A stretch of DNA of 64,000 bases from Callorhinchus milii (GCF_018977255.1 NW_024704743.1:30630001-30694000), one strand, 5' to 3'; counted from the first letter of the stretch, positions 11,301 through 24,524 are shown. The notes: generated from the sequence alone by a model not told the origin. A program made the numbers and translations.

Positions 11301-12559
11301 ACGTTTACCTGATGGCTGGTTTTTGTTACTTACTGCGACCAAAATGGATGTCATCTCTGTCTAAAAGGACACTATTCATGACTCTATTAATAGGGTGTTA
11401 GCTCTGATACACGTCTGGTGAGATTGGGGATTCCTCCCATGGGAAAAGATAGGCACAAATACATCCTAAATACTCCAAGACATAGCATCACCAGACTGTC
11501 CTGAATATCACATTTAAGCCACAAACAATTTGGCAAAGGTACTGCGGGAAACAATTCCAACAGTCGAGAGTTGGACAACAACATTCTTAAACCACAAAAT
11601 CAAATCTCAAAACCAAGTTTATCTGAGTTTTCCTGTGTGAAAGTTAATAAATTCCTAGGAATTAAACATCTGCTTTTTCAGGGAGACATAGAGACTAGGA
11701 TGAACTGGCCAGGGTAACCTCCCTCTCTTCATTCCCAGGAACTCACAGTTCATTGATGAATGCATGCAAAGAGACGAGGAATCCAGCTTTAATATTTTGC
11801 TGGCTAACCCACAAAATATTGTATTTTAAAACAATGAATCGAGCATCTTTACAATTCTGACTTTAAAGTTACCATTGACCTTGTCTATCAAGTTAACCTC
11901 AGAGTTGAGCAACATCTGGAAAAAGCACTGGGGGAAATGAGCTGTTTGAATTCAGCAGGAACCTTTGAAGGGTGTTTTGCCGTGGGTGGCTATTTGATGT
12001 TCCCCCACAGAATACCCACAAGTAACACGTTTGTGGAGAGAAACAGTTCATAAGTCATTTTATGCCGAAGTATAAAGAGATTAAATTGGGCCCAAGAAAT
12101 TTCTCCAATGTTGAGAAATATATTCTTCTCCTTTTGAAACTTTTACAGATTAAAATGATGCCCTTGCAAGAATAAGAGAGCACATATTTCAATGTACAAC
12201 ACTGATGAAAATGAAAATTCAAATCTTGTGTTACTTTTGGTCTTGGGGCAAAATCAGTTCAAATAAGCCATTGAATATAAATAGGCCGCCACATTATTTG
12301 AGGGTCGGTGGGGAAGAACTGCACACTTAGCAAATACAGTCCAGTCTGGAATTAATTCTGTCAGTATTAAATAAAACATATGCCAAACATTTTGTCCGCC
12401 ACCATGTCCCAGTCGTGAAATGATCCCTGATCCTATATTTGAGTGTGATCCGATTTTGTTTGGCAAAAGTTAACTGGCTTCTAGCAGCATTGACAATTTC
12501 GTACCCCTAGTCGCCAGTCAATGCTTTAATGCCCACCGGGGGGGCGGGGGAGGGTTCTA

Positions 12560-12767
12560 CAATAATCCCTCAAGAAAAAGATAAAAATTGGTCACTTCAA
12601 TCTATGACTGTTTGTGGGACACTGCTGTTCGCAATTGGCTGCCGCATTTCGCCTACAAATATACAGTCAATTCACTTTACAGTATATTCTGTGAAATGCT
12701 TTGAGACGTCTAGAAGACGTGAAAAGCGCTATATCAAATGCAAAGAATATTATTATTATTATTATTA
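12560..12767 (+). mobile_element. 5'-truncated tRNA-SINE copy
   Basis: Matches 720-924 closely, ends (tat)n. Confidence 0.9.
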
Positions 12768-12874
12768 CACTCAGAGTTTGTTTAAAAAGTGGCTTTTTAT
12801 CACTCCCACCAAATATGCCAGTACTGTTGCAAAGGCACCAACTTCCCTCTGGCACCAACCCAGAGTTATTCTTC

Positions 12875-13240
12875 ATGACTGAACCTCAACGTGTCAGGAT
12901 TCTGAGCTAAGAGTTTAGGCTGACACTCCAGTGATTACTGGATGTGTCCTTCAGATCAGATGCTAAACTAAGATCCCTTCTGTCTGTCCAGGTGGATGTT
13001 AAAGATCCCATGGTATTATTCGCAAACGGAAAGACAATTTTGCCCTGATGTCCTGGACAATGAACTGCCCAGATAAACAAAAAAGATCATTCACTTCATG
13101 GCTGTTTGCACAACAATGCTGGACACAAATTGGCTACCACATTGGTATATAAATACACAGTCACTACATTTCACTGAAAATTCTGAAGCACTTTGACATT
13201 TCAAAACAATACGGTGCTCTTTCAAATGCAAGGATTATAT
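12875..13240 (+). mobile_element. Older DeuSINE (SacSINE1/AmnSINE1-like)
   Basis: aggctgacactccagtg...gtccttcagatcagatgctaaac..ggtggatgttaaagatcccatgg..gtcctgg then SINE 3' part. Confidence 0.8.
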
Positions 13241-14216
13241 TTAGCAATGCAGTTTTGTTACATTGGTAAAAATTGTCATTGTCCTGTATCAGTTCCCACA
13301 TTAACCTTGAGCGAGGTTGGTGCATACACACACCACAGCCCAAAACGCTTCAATTCACTTGGTGCAGGGAGGTGGTTGGGCTGTGTATGCACAAGGTCAA
13401 TGCAGGAAATGTAACCGTTTCTGCAGAGACATGCACAGAGCCAGCCACTTCCCATGCTCACGGGTCATTTTGTTTTCGCAACCTGGTTTAGACAATGGAA
13501 ATGTTGGGAGACATGAAGAGGTAATAGTTGAATTCTCATATCTGTGACTTCTCCCAACATTTCCTCATCAACCTGTGAAATTCACTAAATTTACAGGGAC
13601 TTCTCCATGATTTTTGACAAAAATGCTGTGCCAAATCTGCATCCCTAATTATATTATTACTGAGTGCCACTAGGTTATTTGGCAATGGGAACACTATGAG
13701 TCAAGCCCAAATAGGTCTATAGCTGAAGTCCATGCACATGAACAAGGTATGGTGGAAGAGGGATGGTCCATCAATCATGTTGCGTCATGATTGGAATCAC
13801 GAAAGTTGGAGGATTTTCCCCTCCTTAACACACAGGTACTGAGGCCAAGTGCAGTGTCTGAATTGTTGAGGCCATGTGTACCAGCTACTCTCAAGCTTTT
13901 CTTCAGTTGAAAGGTGGTATGGTCTCCTGTTCATTATCATTCAGAGGATGCACAGAGCAAGTCCAGGTTCATGGACCTGGCTTCACATACATTATATATA
14001 ATAAAATAATATAATAAATTACCATGAGCATTTCAATGGGTGGTATAGGTGAGGGGGTATCAGGCATCCGTTTGTCTCCAGAGATTCAACCTCTGACAAC
14101 CCTGTAAGCCTAGGAACACCACCCAAGCAGTTCACAACCAGGCCCATCTCTACCTGTCTCCATATGCCAATACAGCAAAATCACAAAGATTTTGTTAGTG
14201 GTCTCGCAAGTCTTGT

Positions 14217-14522
14217 GGGGTCTTGTAGCTCAGTGGTCAGAGCGCTCGCCTCGCAAGCGGGTTTCAATTCCCAGCAGGGCTAAACCTTGGGCAAGTTTCC
14301 TTACTCCACACACCTGATAATAATCCCTCAAGCAAAAAAAGAACAATAATAAATTGGTCACTCAATCCACGACTGTTTGACGACAATCCACACTGCTATG
14401 CTTAACTGCCTGCGGTGTTTCGCCCACAAATATACAGTCAATTCACTTTACAGTATATTCTGTGAAGCGCTTTGAGACATCTAGAAAACGTAAATGAAAG
14501 CATTATTATTTATTATTATTAT
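14217..14522 (+). mobile_element. tRNA-SINE copy with internal deletions
   Basis: Head gggtcttgtagctcagtggtcagagcgctcgcc, gggcaagtttccttactccacac, (tta)n tail. Confidence 0.9.
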
Positions 14523-15204
14523 AAGCCTTTCACTGCAGACCAAATAGAATCCCAGTCGAGTCGGATAACATTAAAACTGCAAATATCGATGCTGAATCTG
14601 GATGGAAGTTCTGACTTCTATTGAAACATCTCCAACAGATAGACCAACAACCAAGAGAAATAGAAAAATGGCACTGCTATTTTGTTCAACTTGACAATCA
14701 GTTGTGGCTCAGCATTCATCAATTCCAGCTATTTTCTGATCTGTCTGAACCCCTCCAAGTCGCAGTATGTGGGTGGCTGGCAACATCTGAGCCACCAGAT
14801 TTAGCAGTAATTAAACGCTGGTGAATTATTTTGGTTGCTGTCGCAGCCTCCATACTTTTCACATTCAGTCACCCACACGTGGACCAGAAGGTAATAATTA
14901 AAGGTTACTCCAGATGCAACACTTCCTTCCAACTTACCCATCCAGGAGGGACGCAGACACACACAGGATATGGACACACGCATTGCAATTGCCACAGACA
15001 CACACACAAAGACACAAACAGGATATGGACGTGGTCAGGCAAGTGGACAGACAGGCACGTGCAGACAGGCAGACAGACACTCACCCTAGGACGATACCCA
15101 CAAGCATATACAGATGTACAATAACAACTTACATAGTGCCCTTCATACAGGGTAGCGTCTCAGAGCGCTGCACACATGCACACATAAACATAGAGAAGGA
15201 CATG

Positions 15205-15276
<72 letters not shown>

Positions 15277-15290
15277 CAAACACACACACA
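15205..15290. repeat. (CAGA)n microsatellite followed by (CA)n
   Basis: Long perfect CAGA array visible directly. Confidence 0.97.
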
Positions 15291-15888
15291 GTTCTCAAAA
15301 AGTAGAAATATTTTTTAAAAAACTTGTCACGTATAAGACAACCTTTTATTTCCTTTTTATTGTTCTTGTTTATTTACAGTCTATTTGAGGCCAATAAGTG
15401 CCCCTTCTAATATCATGGCTAGGTGTTCCCATGTTTCGAAACATTGCACAGTGAATAAATCCATTCAAATTATTTACTTTTTCATTTTACCACCCACAAA
15501 GCTGTGAATGCCTTTCTGCTAAATGGTCACATTCTGAGCTGCTGAAAAAACAAAATCCCCAGTTTCCATTTTTCCACACAGTCAATTTTTTTCCTTCAGT
15601 TTCTCCTCTCCTGAAGGCATTTGATTCCTTTTCTCGTTCTACTGATTCCACAAGTGCCGGTTAACCTCCAGTAACTCTCCATTATTTGTGTGTGAGCCTT
15701 GACACTGAGCGCTGGTACACATTACACAGCAACATAGAAGAGGCCAATCCCAAACTGGCACCCAAACAAAAGAGGAATTTAAGAGAGCAATTACCAGATG
15801 TATCTCAGAGAGCGGGAGGGAGAGAGAGGAGGAGAATCTCAGAGAGAAGGGGGATGGGGAGAATCTCGGAGAGAGGGGGAAAGGGGAG

Positions 15889-16258
15889 AATAATAATAAT
15901 CTTTGCATTTGATACAATACCTTTTCACGTCATTGAGACATCTCAAAACGCCTTACAGGACATATTGTAAACTGTAGCGACTGTATATTTTGTGGGCAAA
16001 ATGCGGCAGTCACTTCCGTACAGTAATGTTCCACAAACAATCGTGGATTGAGTGACCAAATTATTAGTATTGTTTCATTTATTTTTTGGAGGGATTAGTA
16101 CTCCCAGAAAAGTGATCCGCCAATCAACTAACAACTGGGTCTTACTACTTACTGCAAGGTAAAAAGAGGCATGTGGAGTAAGGAAACTTGCCCGGGAATT
16201 GAATCCAGGGCTTCTCACTTGCGAGGCAAGTGCTCAAACCAATATGCTACAGGAGTCC
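15889..16258 (-). mobile_element. Near full-length tRNA-SINE
   Basis: Reverse complement of 547-924 from tail (aataataatctttgcatttgat) to head (ctacaggagtcc). Confidence 0.92.
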
Positions 16259-16959
16259 ACATCTCAGAGACTTGATGTAACTGCAAGTTTCATGCAGCAC
16301 TGGTGGTGATGGTTTCCAAATAAGTGGCAGGAGCTAGAGCTCCTGTCCTGTTTATCATCAACTCAATTTATACATTTTCTCCCTTCCTATGCAGAAAGAT
16401 CCGCTAACTTGACACAGGTGAGGGGATCAGTCATATATGGAATTGTTTGCCTATTAGAGTAGCTATACTTGACAGGAAATCCCGTGAAGCGACTCTGAGA
16501 CATTTCGATGATGTGATAAGGCACTACATCAAATGCACCATTCTGATTTTATTTATCCCTCTGGTAATGTGGAGGTCAGTGCAAACCAAGTGGTGCATTC
16601 CCACACTGAGACATTGAGGAACCCCCTACAGCAGCAGAGTGTAAAGCAAGCCTGCACTAAGTGCTTTGGAGGCCTCAGGTTCCTTGCTATCTTGCTGTTT
16701 ACCAACACAGGTCCCATTGTTCACTGTTTAAGAGCAGAAATGTCTCGACCATACATCATTGTATAGACTTGATTGGCAAAAGACTGCTGAACTGTTCCAA
16801 GTGACTGCAGACCAGCTACCAGACCAGCAATTACCAGAGCAAAGGAAATAAAATCATTCGGTTTCATTTAGGAAATTATTGTATGCTTCCTATTTGAGAT
16901 TACTTCCTTTTTCGAGTGCAGAATCTGAAAAAAAACAGCTCTTGAGAAATTACACTCAC

Positions 16960-17096
16960 TCCATAGGAATCGTGGACCTGCGGGCATTAGCCTCAGGGCC
17001 CAAATCAACAAAGTAATAATTTAATGTCTTCTCCGTAGACTCATCATAACAAACTGTACCTCGGTCACGGAAGAGGTTAGGTCTGAAACGTTCCAT
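16960..17096 (-). CDS. Candidate first coding exon of an unidentified host gene (exon 17244-16960): MERFRPNLFRDRGTVCYDESTEKTLNYYFVDLGPEANARRSTIPM(D/E)
   Basis: Acceptor gtgtctctaaccgcag at 17245, in-frame upstream TAA, strong Kozak AACATGG at 17096 (weaker ATG at 17117), donor GA|gtgagt at 16959, phase 2; non-repetitive with retained CpGs. Alternative acceptor tttcag near 17083 gives a 123-nt phase 2/2 exon in the same frame. Confidence 0.55.
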
Positions 17097-17319
17097 GTTG
17101 GATTTACGTCTGAACATTAAATCTGGCCCACCTTGGAACCATTTGAATTCAAATGCTCCTTTCTTCTTTTACAAATGGAAACATGAATTGGTGGATGGCC
17201 AGACTACCCCTGCATTCAGTGATGCCCACTGTAACGGCCGGTGTCTGCGGTTAGAGACACAGCAAAGGTAACCGGACGCTCTTGTCTTTGTCCTATCCAG
17301 GTCACTCCTTAGCAGTCTC

Positions 17320-17635
17320 TAACAAGGCATATAATATTATTTGATGTCTCAAAGTGCTTCACAGGTACTGTGAAGTGCAGTGTATTTTGCAGGCAAACGT
17401 GGCAGCCAATTTGCATTCAGCAATATCCCACCAACGGTCATGAAGTGAACAACCAATTTTATGGTGGGGATTGTTTTCCTGAACACCAGGAGAAACTCCC
17501 TTCTCTTTTCGAATAGTGTCATGAGATCTTTAGCTGATGCCTGAACAGACAGATAGGATTTCAGTTTAACATTTCATCCGATGTTCAGCATCTCCGACAA
17601 TGCAGCACAGCCCCAGCAATGAATTTGTGTGTGGT
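17320..17635 (-). mobile_element. Older DeuSINE
   Basis: ttttcgaatagtgtcatgagatcttt...cctgaacagacagat...tttaacatttcatccga...tccgacaatgcagcac. Confidence 0.8.
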
Positions 17636-18595
17636 CTGTCTCTGGTACGGGGAGTGGGGTGGGGGGTGATCTATGTGTTCAGCTGTTTACTTTTGGCTTC
17701 AAAATCGTTCACATTAATGCAAAATTTGAGAGTGCTTTAACAATGAGTTTGTGTCCAGAGGTAACTTGGGATCTCCCAAGACCTGTCTTAAGCCATTGCC
17801 TCAGCATACAGGAGATTTGACTCGATAGTTAACAGTTGCACAGTTAGAGGGAGTGGATTTGTAGATTTAATGCACGGTTGGACATGAACAAAGCACTATT
17901 CACATCTTTTTGAGGATCTGTTCCAGCCAAATAAAGGTAATGGAATTGGGGGGGGGGGGGGGGGGGGAAGCCAGGAGCAAAATCACCTAATACTCAAATG
18001 CACCGTGACTTTGTTAGCAGAGATAACTCCAAATTTCTGTGTGTGGGCAACTTATGCGTCTCTGGGAAACCAAATGACCAAAATGTACTGATAAATGTGA
18101 TCTCGACTTTTGTACTGGATTTTGGGCACCAGTTTGGGATGGCAACAATAGTTAAAAGAAAAACAAAATACAACAACAACAACAAGATTATATTTGTATA
18201 GCGCCTTTCACATTGGGAGGATGTCCCAAGGACAAAATACAATACAATTTACATTTATATAGCACCTTTCACTTTGGGAAGACATCACAAAGTACTTCAC
18301 AGTGATAGTTGGGGATGTGAGTCCAAGTGGATGAAAGAACCCAATACCGGGCACTGCAGGCTTTCATATCAGTTGGAGATCACAAACCTACAAGCATCTA
18401 ACCCTCATTGACCCTGCTGCGAGTGATGAATACATGGACTTTACATGCTTCCAAACCCTGCCAGAAAAGGTGTTTTGCCCACCCCAATGATCTGACCTCT
18501 ATATTGAGGCTTTGTATTCAAGATAATCAAATTCTAAGCAGATGGATCTAATGCATGAACTTAACTGAACGTCCATCTTATCTCAAGTCTCTAAA

Positions 18596-18995
18596 GGCTA
18601 TCTCACTCGGTAGCACTCTCACCACTGAGACAGAAGGTTGTGGGGCCAAACCCTATATCAGAATTTGGAAGTCATGCAGTTGAGTGTGCTGCATTGGTGA
18701 AGGTCCCATGCTTCAAATGAGACGTTAAATCGAGGTCCCATCAGCCTGGTCAGGCGGTTGTTAAAGATCCCATGGCACAATTTGAAAAGCAAAGGGAATT
18801 TGTCCTGGCCAGCAATCTCCCAAATATAATTGGTCACTCACTTACTTTATGGCTGTTTATGGGTCATTGCTGCATGCAAACTGGCTCCCACATTTGCTTA
18901 CAAAATAAAGTCACTTTACAGGATATCTTGTGAAGCATTGAGATGTTCTTGTAACATGAAAAACACTATATCAAATGTAAAGATTATTATTTTAT
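18596..18995 (+). mobile_element. Near full-length older DeuSINE with tRNA-like head
   Basis: Head ggtagcactctcaccactgagacagaaggttgtggg, Deu core atgagacgttaaatcgaggtcccatc..aaagatcccatggcac, tail tatcaaatgtaagattattatt. Confidence 0.85.
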
Positions 18996-20227
18996 TAGTA
19001 AAGATTATCATTTTATTCATAAAATCAGCCAAGTAGCAATGTGGTGATCATTGCTACAGCAGTCATTCTGCACAAAGTCCCAAAGTAATTTAAACGAAGC
19101 AGCCAACAATGGCCTACAATGGAATCAAGATTGATGGAAAAAGAAGTAGTTATTCTCACCATTAATCACTGGCAAATTATAGCTAATTCTACATCTTTAC
19201 CGTCGTGCATTGCAGTCCAAAGAAAAGAATAATGTGGCAATAAATATGCTGTCCGCTGCCATGGTGCTGCGAGGCAATGTTTAATTGAAGTGTTTTGTGT
19301 TGGATTGTCTCTTGACCTGTGGATAATTTTTCCTATTGAACGCTGGTTTTGGCTGGGTAATGTGACATTCTGTCAGAACGACAATGCCTGATTGATATTT
19401 CATGGTGTGGACTTATCAATGTAGTCTAACAGGACCATCCCAGCGAGGTCCATTAATTGATTACAAAGCGTAATCATTGGAGTCCAGGCTTACAGTTACT
19501 CTGATCAACCCACAGCATATTTCATTTTAACAGCACACTCTCCCTCTCATTGACCTATGTCCCCCACCCCCAAGCCTCCCAAAGTGCATCAGCTCTATTG
19601 AAGGGCAGGAGCGTAACCTCGGGTCAGTGAGCGGAATAAGCAAGTGGGAGCCTCAGTTACGCCATGGACTCACCTAAAAGGACAGCTCCACCCTTTTACC
19701 TTTCACTTGCCTTTGCTCATGGCCCCTGTTCAAATGTACAGTATTGCAAAACAGACCTCAAAAGGCTGGAGTGGCATTGGCATGACAGATTTGGGAGGAT
19801 TTTGTAAAACATCAATGGTTGAATCACAGACAATTCTGAAGGAGATCAAACTGTCTGCACAGAAGTGCAAACTAAGGCACCCGATCAGTTAATAACTTCA
19901 GGATGTCTTGAAGTTATTAGTCACCTAGGCTCGCTGTTAACCATTGTACACAAAGTTCTTGGATGCATTTCCTGACGCACGCCTTTAGCAACCATCAGGA
20001 TTTGCACCTTCAAAGCAGATGTTGCACTTTCTACAGATTCGTACAGTGTCTGTGATCTGCGTGAATGTGAGAGACAGGGAGGTGGGTGGTGTTGAGAAGA
20101 CATAAATGTAAACTGACAGGCACACATCTTGGCAGTAATTAAAAGTAAATGCTTAGACACAATACCTGACTTAACATTTATGTTGCATTTTATATTGTGA
20201 CACCTTGCAGAGCTGCAGCAAACAGGA

Positions 20228-21345
20228 CAACAACAATTTATACTTATATAGGTAATGCCTTTCACATAGGGAGGATGTCTCAAAGAGCTTTACAAGGATT
20301 GAGTGGGAGGTTGACCTTGGAAGAGAGATGGTCTGGGGGAGGGGCAGCTAGGGGCGAGATAGTTGAAGGTGAAGTCAAACAGGTAAGCCACTCCTGATGA
20401 GTTTTGAAACTAGGGAGATAAGGAATGGGAGAGAGGTGGAATGATGCTGGAAGAATGTAATTAAAAGTACAGGAGAGGATAGAGCCCTATGGAGTACCGA
20501 ATACGACCATGTGTCAGAAGAGAAAAAGTGAAGATGCTGGGACAGGCAGAGATGTAGCCAGGAAAGTGTAGTCACCGAAGTTCATCAGGTAGGAGAGACG
20601 ATGGAGAAGAATGGAGAGGTCAACAGAGTCAAACACAGCAAAGACATGAAAGAGGACCAAGAGGCACATGGAGCCCTAGTAGTAGCAGCCAGAGAGAACA
20701 TCAATTGTAACTTTGACCAGGACTGTCTCATTGCTATTAGCGGAACAGAAGGCAGATTTGAAGAACTTGTACAGAGAGTGAAGGGAGAGGATGGTTGAAA
20801 ACTGGGAAGCAATGATGCGTTCCAACACTATGGAGCAAGTTCAGCGCCCTGGGATGTCCTCCCGAAGTGAAAAGCGCTATACAAATGTAATCTTGTGGTT
20901 GTTGTAATATGGAGAGGTGCAGCATAGAATTCTTAAGAGAAAGGGGGGGGGGGGGGAGGGGAATAAGAGTGTTTTTAAAAGGATAGGCTACCCTGTCAGA
21001 GAAGAGGGAGAGGTTCATGATGTTGACTAGCGGGAGCCAGAAGCAGGGATTCTGCAGAGCAACTGGAACCTGATTTAGCAGCAGGTGAGCACTGCCACCT
21101 CCGACCCCCCCCCCACACACAATCAAGAATGTCCCTGATGCAGGCAAGGTTACAGCGACATGGAGGGAAAAGGCTAGTGGGCAGATGTGGAGGAGGTGGA
21201 GGAAGAGTAGGAACCACAAAAACTGGGGCTGGAAGGTCCAGTTGGCGTCAGAATCATAGAAGTATTATCGGAGGGCTGGAGAATGCTGTGAGAGGCTGAA
21301 CAATGGCATTGCATAGCCTGGGCTGGTTGGAGAGATGGGGTAGGC
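20228..21345 (-). mobile_element. L2 LINE remnant with RT core, internally deleted and interrupted by a short + strand tail (about 20835-20905)
   Basis: Minus frames give QSAFRSANSNETVLVKV..LLVLFHVFAVFDSVDLSILLHRLS; L2 3' tail at 20228-20300. Confidence 0.8.
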
Positions 21346-21893
21346 CTGGAAATGAGAGCCCAGGAAGGACAAATTAGCCAAGATCCAGACCCAGAAATGG
21401 AATCTACAATCTCCTTACATTTCTCAAACTGCCCGGTTATTTGAATTTAAATATTTTAATATATTAGCACCAGCAATATCCTTCAGTTAATTTAATTCCC
21501 CCCTCCACCTATCCCCCATCTCCAAAGTGCCCGCTGTGCTTGCGAAATTAAATGTTAGCAATATGTTCACCTTTAGCTCGCAGACTGCAACGTGCCTCCT
21601 TCCTCCAGACGGCACATGAGAAATAATTGATCAATGGCAAAGGTCAGAGGTCTGGGTGCCAGCTGTTTGCTGCAGGCTGCCCACTTCAGCCTGTCTGAAG
21701 GAGTTCAGCCAGTCCCGGTTCCTTGTTGGGATGCCGTGCACCACTGGAACATGAGTCTCTGGTTTTCGTATCCGATGCTAGTGACAGGCTCCTGCTGCGA
21801 GGCAGGTTTGCAGCATAGCTGACTGTGCAAACAAAAACCTTTCACCGTCTCGCAAGCCGGGTGAAAAAAAATTACAAAGCAAACTTGATGTGC

Positions 21894-22096
21894 AATAATA
21901 ATAATAATAATCCTTGATTTGATATAGCGCCTTATCATGTCATTAAAACATCTCAAAGCGCTTCACAGAATATATTGAAACACGACAGCATTATCTCACA
22001 AACAGTGGTGGGTTGAGTGATGCGTTAATCAACTAGCAACCGGGTTTCTGCTTACTGCTAGGTAAACCGAGGAATGTGGAGTAAGGAAACTTGCTT
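21894..22096 (-). mobile_element. tRNA-SINE copy with deletions
   Basis: Tail aataatccttgatttgatatagcgcc and gtggagtaaggaaacttgc. Confidence 0.85.
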
Positions 22097-22357
22097 AATA
22101 ACAACAATGGATTTGTGCATCTTAAAGAGAAAAATAGATTAATGTTTCGGGTCAGACACTTCCGAAGAACAGCTGCTGGAACTCTTTGTGTCTGACCCTT
22201 TGCTGACAGGGAAAGCCTGCCCCCATTTGACTTTGGCTACAATTTATTTTGCACGTGTTTACTTGCCATAAACAAAAACTAAAGTAACACTGAACTAAAA
22301 GAAATCTAAAGCTTTACGTTCCAAGCACTGACCAGTGTTATATTTTGAAGATGTAAT

Positions 22358-22597
22358 GGGTAGAAATTGCTTCTAGGTCTAGATTACGTAGCATTTCAGA
22401 GTGAGCAGAAGTTGGCAAATTGTTCAATTCAGTGTTAACTTTGAAGCCCGGTAGTTTTCCGATACGTAGTTCTTAAAATAAACAAAGAGAAAAATGGCTT
22501 CAAAATTACAAACTGTATTTAAAAATTTGACAAATTCTGGACGCTCTAGAAATCTTCGTCAGTCGAGTAAATCTAGATCCAAGTGAAATTTTTACCC
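22358..22597. repeat. Fold-back element (imperfect inverted repeat, arms about 95 bp)
   Basis: gggtagaaatt..tctagatt..cagaagttggcaaatt..tttgaagcc pairs with ggcttcaaaa..aatttgacaaattctg..aatctaga..aatttttaccc. Confidence 0.8.
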
Positions 22598-23094
22598 AGC
22601 AAACTCTAAATGTAAACACTTGCTCCAATTAATTTGTTGTATTTCATCTCAGTGTTGAAAGGGCCCTGACTCTGTTCCTGACTATTAATGTCCTGAATGA
22701 ACAGAGGAGGCACAATGGACATTTGCATCACCTACATCAGAACTTCACAACCCTTGTAATACTGACTCAATTTCTACTTAAAATGTTGCAGACCATCAGT
22801 AAATGAGATGGTTAGTTCTCTCAATCTAAGGGGAACTGTGGGAGTGATTGACAATGAGCACATCACAAACCAGCGCTGGCCTCAGCTGGTCAATGAGAAA
22901 TGCTGTACTGGAATACCTCAAACTGGATCTGCACCGCCAAGCAACTCTATACCATAACGACTAGAATGAGAAAATACAATATTCTCTAAGATCGATCATT
23001 GAAGTTAAAGTTGGATTGATGTAGGAGTGTTCGTGTCGCCAAGGTTTTGGATGGGATTCCCTCTCCGCAGCTACAGCCATTCTGATAACAGGCT

Positions 23095-23270
23095 CAAAAT
23101 ACACACAATTCACTTTAGAGTACAACAACAACAACTGGCATTTATATAGTGCCCTTCACGCGGGGTAGGGTCCCAGAGTGCTTTCTGTGAAGCAGTATAT
23201 TCTGTGTAGCACTTTGAGATGTCTCAACAACGTGATAAGCGTTATATTGGGTGCAAAGATTATTATTATT
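23095..23270 (+). mobile_element. SINE 3' part interrupted by an inverted L2 tail (about 23122-23190)
   Basis: caattcactttagagta [caacaacaac..atttatatagtgccc..] agtatattctgtg..attattatt. Confidence 0.75.
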
Positions 23271-24524
23271 TGGAATTGCTTAAGAAATGCAATCTTCTCA
23301 AAATGCCTGGTTATTTGAATTTAAATATTTTAGTGTCACATTAGCACCAGCAATGAAATGATCACCTTTGCTTTTCCCCTTCTCCGAACAGGGGTTGTCT
23401 GCACGCATCTCATAACCAGGCTAGAACACATCAAACTCTGAAAAAGCCTGAACAGAATCCTTATAGAAACCTGAAAATTCAAAACACACAGAAAAATCAA
23501 CTTGCACTACTTAGTAGTGTACACAACACTGCACTACATACTGTTACAGTTGCTGAGTATTGCACTCGTCAACATTCTGCATCCACAGCAGAAGTGAGAG
23601 CCAGTCCTCTTCTTCTCTCCCCCACTCTTCGTGTCAAACAAATTGGAAGGTCAAAGGCTGTGAATCCGACTTATTCAAGCTCAAGTGTATCAAGTTCATT
23701 GTACAAGCATATTCCTTACAGTAGTGCTGTAATGGGAATCGTTTAGCTAAACAGTCTGACATAAATTATGTTCAAAGATGGCAACTTGCATGCAACTCAA
23801 AGCCAAGTCAACTGGACGAAGGGAAAATATGGCACGGATCCCTCTAGGCCCATGTTTCAGTCTCCAGAAATTGCTTGATCACAGGAATCAGGACATGCAT
23901 TTTGTGCCTGTTCATATGCATGTTCATTGAGTGGATTTATTTGGTGGGACATCCTATGGATGTTGACAGAAGACCAATCCTCTGTACTATGCTAGTTTCA
24001 ATTCACTTCCATCCACTCTTTGCACATCCTTGAAAGGAATAAAAATGTCTATTTATTCGCAAAATAGATTTCATAATTTTACAAGCGACCTTTCAAAGGA
24101 TTTATCCCAGAACATTAGTGCCACAGAAATGATAATGTAACCATTTATTTCTTGGAAAGCCTTCCTGCTGTACTCTCCCCAGCCCATAGAAGGTAAAGAA
24201 GCTGTGCACAACAAAACCATGGGAAAATAATAAGAGAATGGAAATCAAATTTTTGGCTGACCTTTATGCTTCAACGGCACAGGAAAATGCACTGCTATCA
24301 ACCAAGAGCTTTTTCACAGTGAAGAATTGTGAATTCGGCCAAAGGAATAAGATTTTCTCAGGATCTGATCTTATTGGGGATAACAATGCATCTACTGTAC
24401 AGTGTGAAACTGGGCCATACAGACAGGAAAGATCTCATGTTTGTTCCCAGCTTAGTGCTGAGTTTGAGAAGGCAGAAAATAACAGACAGGTAACATCTAC
24501 AGCCCTGAAATTTCACCTCTTAAT

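Noticed and set aside
14831..15318. ORFs with RQTD repeats
   Set aside because: Translation of the CAGA/CA microsatellite
22136..22172. Penelope-type minimal hammerhead ribozyme remnant (minus strand ..gacccgaaac..)
   Set aside because: The CUGANGA core is not intact and the helices cannot be built
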